Below are positions 62,688 through 64,000 of a stretch of DNA of 64,000 nucleotides, piece after piece. Numbering within the stretch: position 1 is the stretch's first letter; each line of letters begins with the position of its first letter. Source of the DNA: Basidiobolus meristosporus CBS 931.73 (lineage: Eukaryota > Fungi > Basidiobolomycota). The DNA lies in NCBI GenBank assembly GCA_002104905.1, contig MCFE01000354.1, positions 1 to 64,000 of the forward strand. Direction: 5' to 3'. A program made the translations under genes and the position numbers. The notes under the pieces were generated by a model that was not told the DNA's origin, did not search any database, and saw nothing but the letters and a program-made list of their open reading frames with translations.

Positions 62688-64000
62688 CTATTGGAAGGCA
62701 ACATCCCATTTCTTCACTTCCACGTTGCCACCGCCTCCAGCATAGCCAGTTCCCTCCGAATGCAGTTGCACGATATCCTTGGGTCGACACTTCTTGTCGC
62801 AGACGAAGCATTTCTGGGTGCTCTTGACGAACTTATCCATGCAATGCTTACACAGGACGTGGCCGCAGGACTTGCTGACTAGTTGACATGGAAGTGATTA
62901 ATCCCACGCACGGTGGATGCAAAGTTTGGCGGAACACACTCACTTGATATCTTCATCCCGTTGTTGAGCGTTTTGAGACATGAAGGACACATATGACCAG
63001 CAGGGTTCTTGGAGTCTGGTTCGTTGGATTTGGTGAATACGACTGGAGTCAACTTTTTGATACTAGCGATGGAAAGCTCGGTTAGTTGATCGCTGTCCAC
63101 TCCATAACGCGAACGGGTTCTTACTTTGTGGGATGGGGCTTGGCAGCTGTGCACATCACCTGCTGCTTTGCGGGCTCCAGGGTGTCGCTTTTGGAGTCTG
63201 GAGTTAGGGTAGGCTGTGGAACGGTAAGTAAATCCGCGCATACAAAAGACGTGACTCAATCCACCTACAATCCAGAAACTAGGCAATGCCGATTTGTTTT
63301 TCTCTTGCTATGGTGGGAAAGTGGTTAACGACCGGGAGAGGGGCACCAGTAAATCCGCAATGAACATACCTCCTGCTTCTCTATACGCGTTAGGGCTTCA
63401 TCACGCACAACTTTAGAGCGCGCCTCGATATCCTCTGCCTTTAAGCCAAACACCCGACTCTGCTCCTCTCCGGCGGCTACGAATCCATGTTAACCTCTAC
63501 TCATCTAGCAGGAAAACCTCAATCGAACCTGTGATAGCGAGGGTTGAGGAAGGAGCCGCAACCGCTTCCTCCTTAGGTTCACTCTTGCTGGCTAGTCTAC
63601 TAGCGGAGATCTGGGACTGGGTCTTTTCAAATTCCCTGATCACGACGTCCTGGGCCTCGGCTTCTTTTCGCTTACGCTCTTCCTGGAGTTGGTCATAGAA
63701 ATAGAAAACTTCAGTGAAGTGAAGTGGAAAAGAGAGCTGGGTGATTGGCGTACCTCGAGTTGAGACTTCCTGCTCTCGAGGTCTTTGTTTTGACGAGCGA
63801 TCTCCTTCTTTTGTGCGACGATATTTTCATATATACATTCCTTGCAGGCGATGTGGCCTTCAGTGCTTGGATAGGGTAAGTACGTAGATTCAGGTTGCTC
63901 TAGGAGCAGAAGGGAATCGTTTTACCAACTAAGTGGATCCCTGGCCGTTTGCAGACACAAGAAGCAGGCGTCGAAATTCCGCATGGAATCCCGGCCAAGG
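62688..64000 (-). CDS. NOSIP: NOSIP-like RING/U-box E3 ligase (5' end outside the window), multi-exon
   Basis: LGRDSMRNFDACFLCLQTARDP, EGHIACKECIYENIVAQKKEI, HMCPSCLKTLNN, SCGHVLCKHCMDKFVK...CFVCD, SEGTGYAGGG; stop at 62688-62690. Confidence 0.88.

Overview
Eukaryotic, intron-rich fungal genomic DNA (GT-AG introns with CTAAC-type branch points, a Zn2Cys6 factor, myosin-motor chitin synthases). The gene set (NAMPT, PNUTS with CCCH finger, NOSIP, bacterial-type terpene synthase) suggests an early-diverging fungus; Basidiobolus/Zoopagomycota would fit, but that is inference. About 19 protein-coding loci, in order: SulP transporter (partial), a multi-exon homeodomain + PNUTS-like gene, NAMPT, myosin-chitin synthase A, chromo/PHD/SNF2 remodeller, Pho85-type cyclin, myosin-chitin synthase B, second SulP, tyrosine phosphatase, ceramide synthase, Zn2Cys6 factor, terpene synthase, unknown coiled-coil/BEN-like gene, two tandem CAP59-like mannosyltransferases, PWWP/MUM1-like gene, casein kinase I, LYR-motif protein, NOSIP (partial). 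No rRNA, tRNA or CRISPR array was recognised. Main observations: (1) a probable single gene joining an atypical homeodomain to a complete PNUTS architecture; (2) a 665-bp near-identical tract shared by two otherwise diverged, inverted chitin synthase paralogues; (3) eight single-base frame breaks in otherwise intact sequences, the six +1 breaks all readable as an extra A before G. These are most likely consensus errors, but several resemble known +1 recoding contexts. Exon boundaries were read by eye and are approximate.
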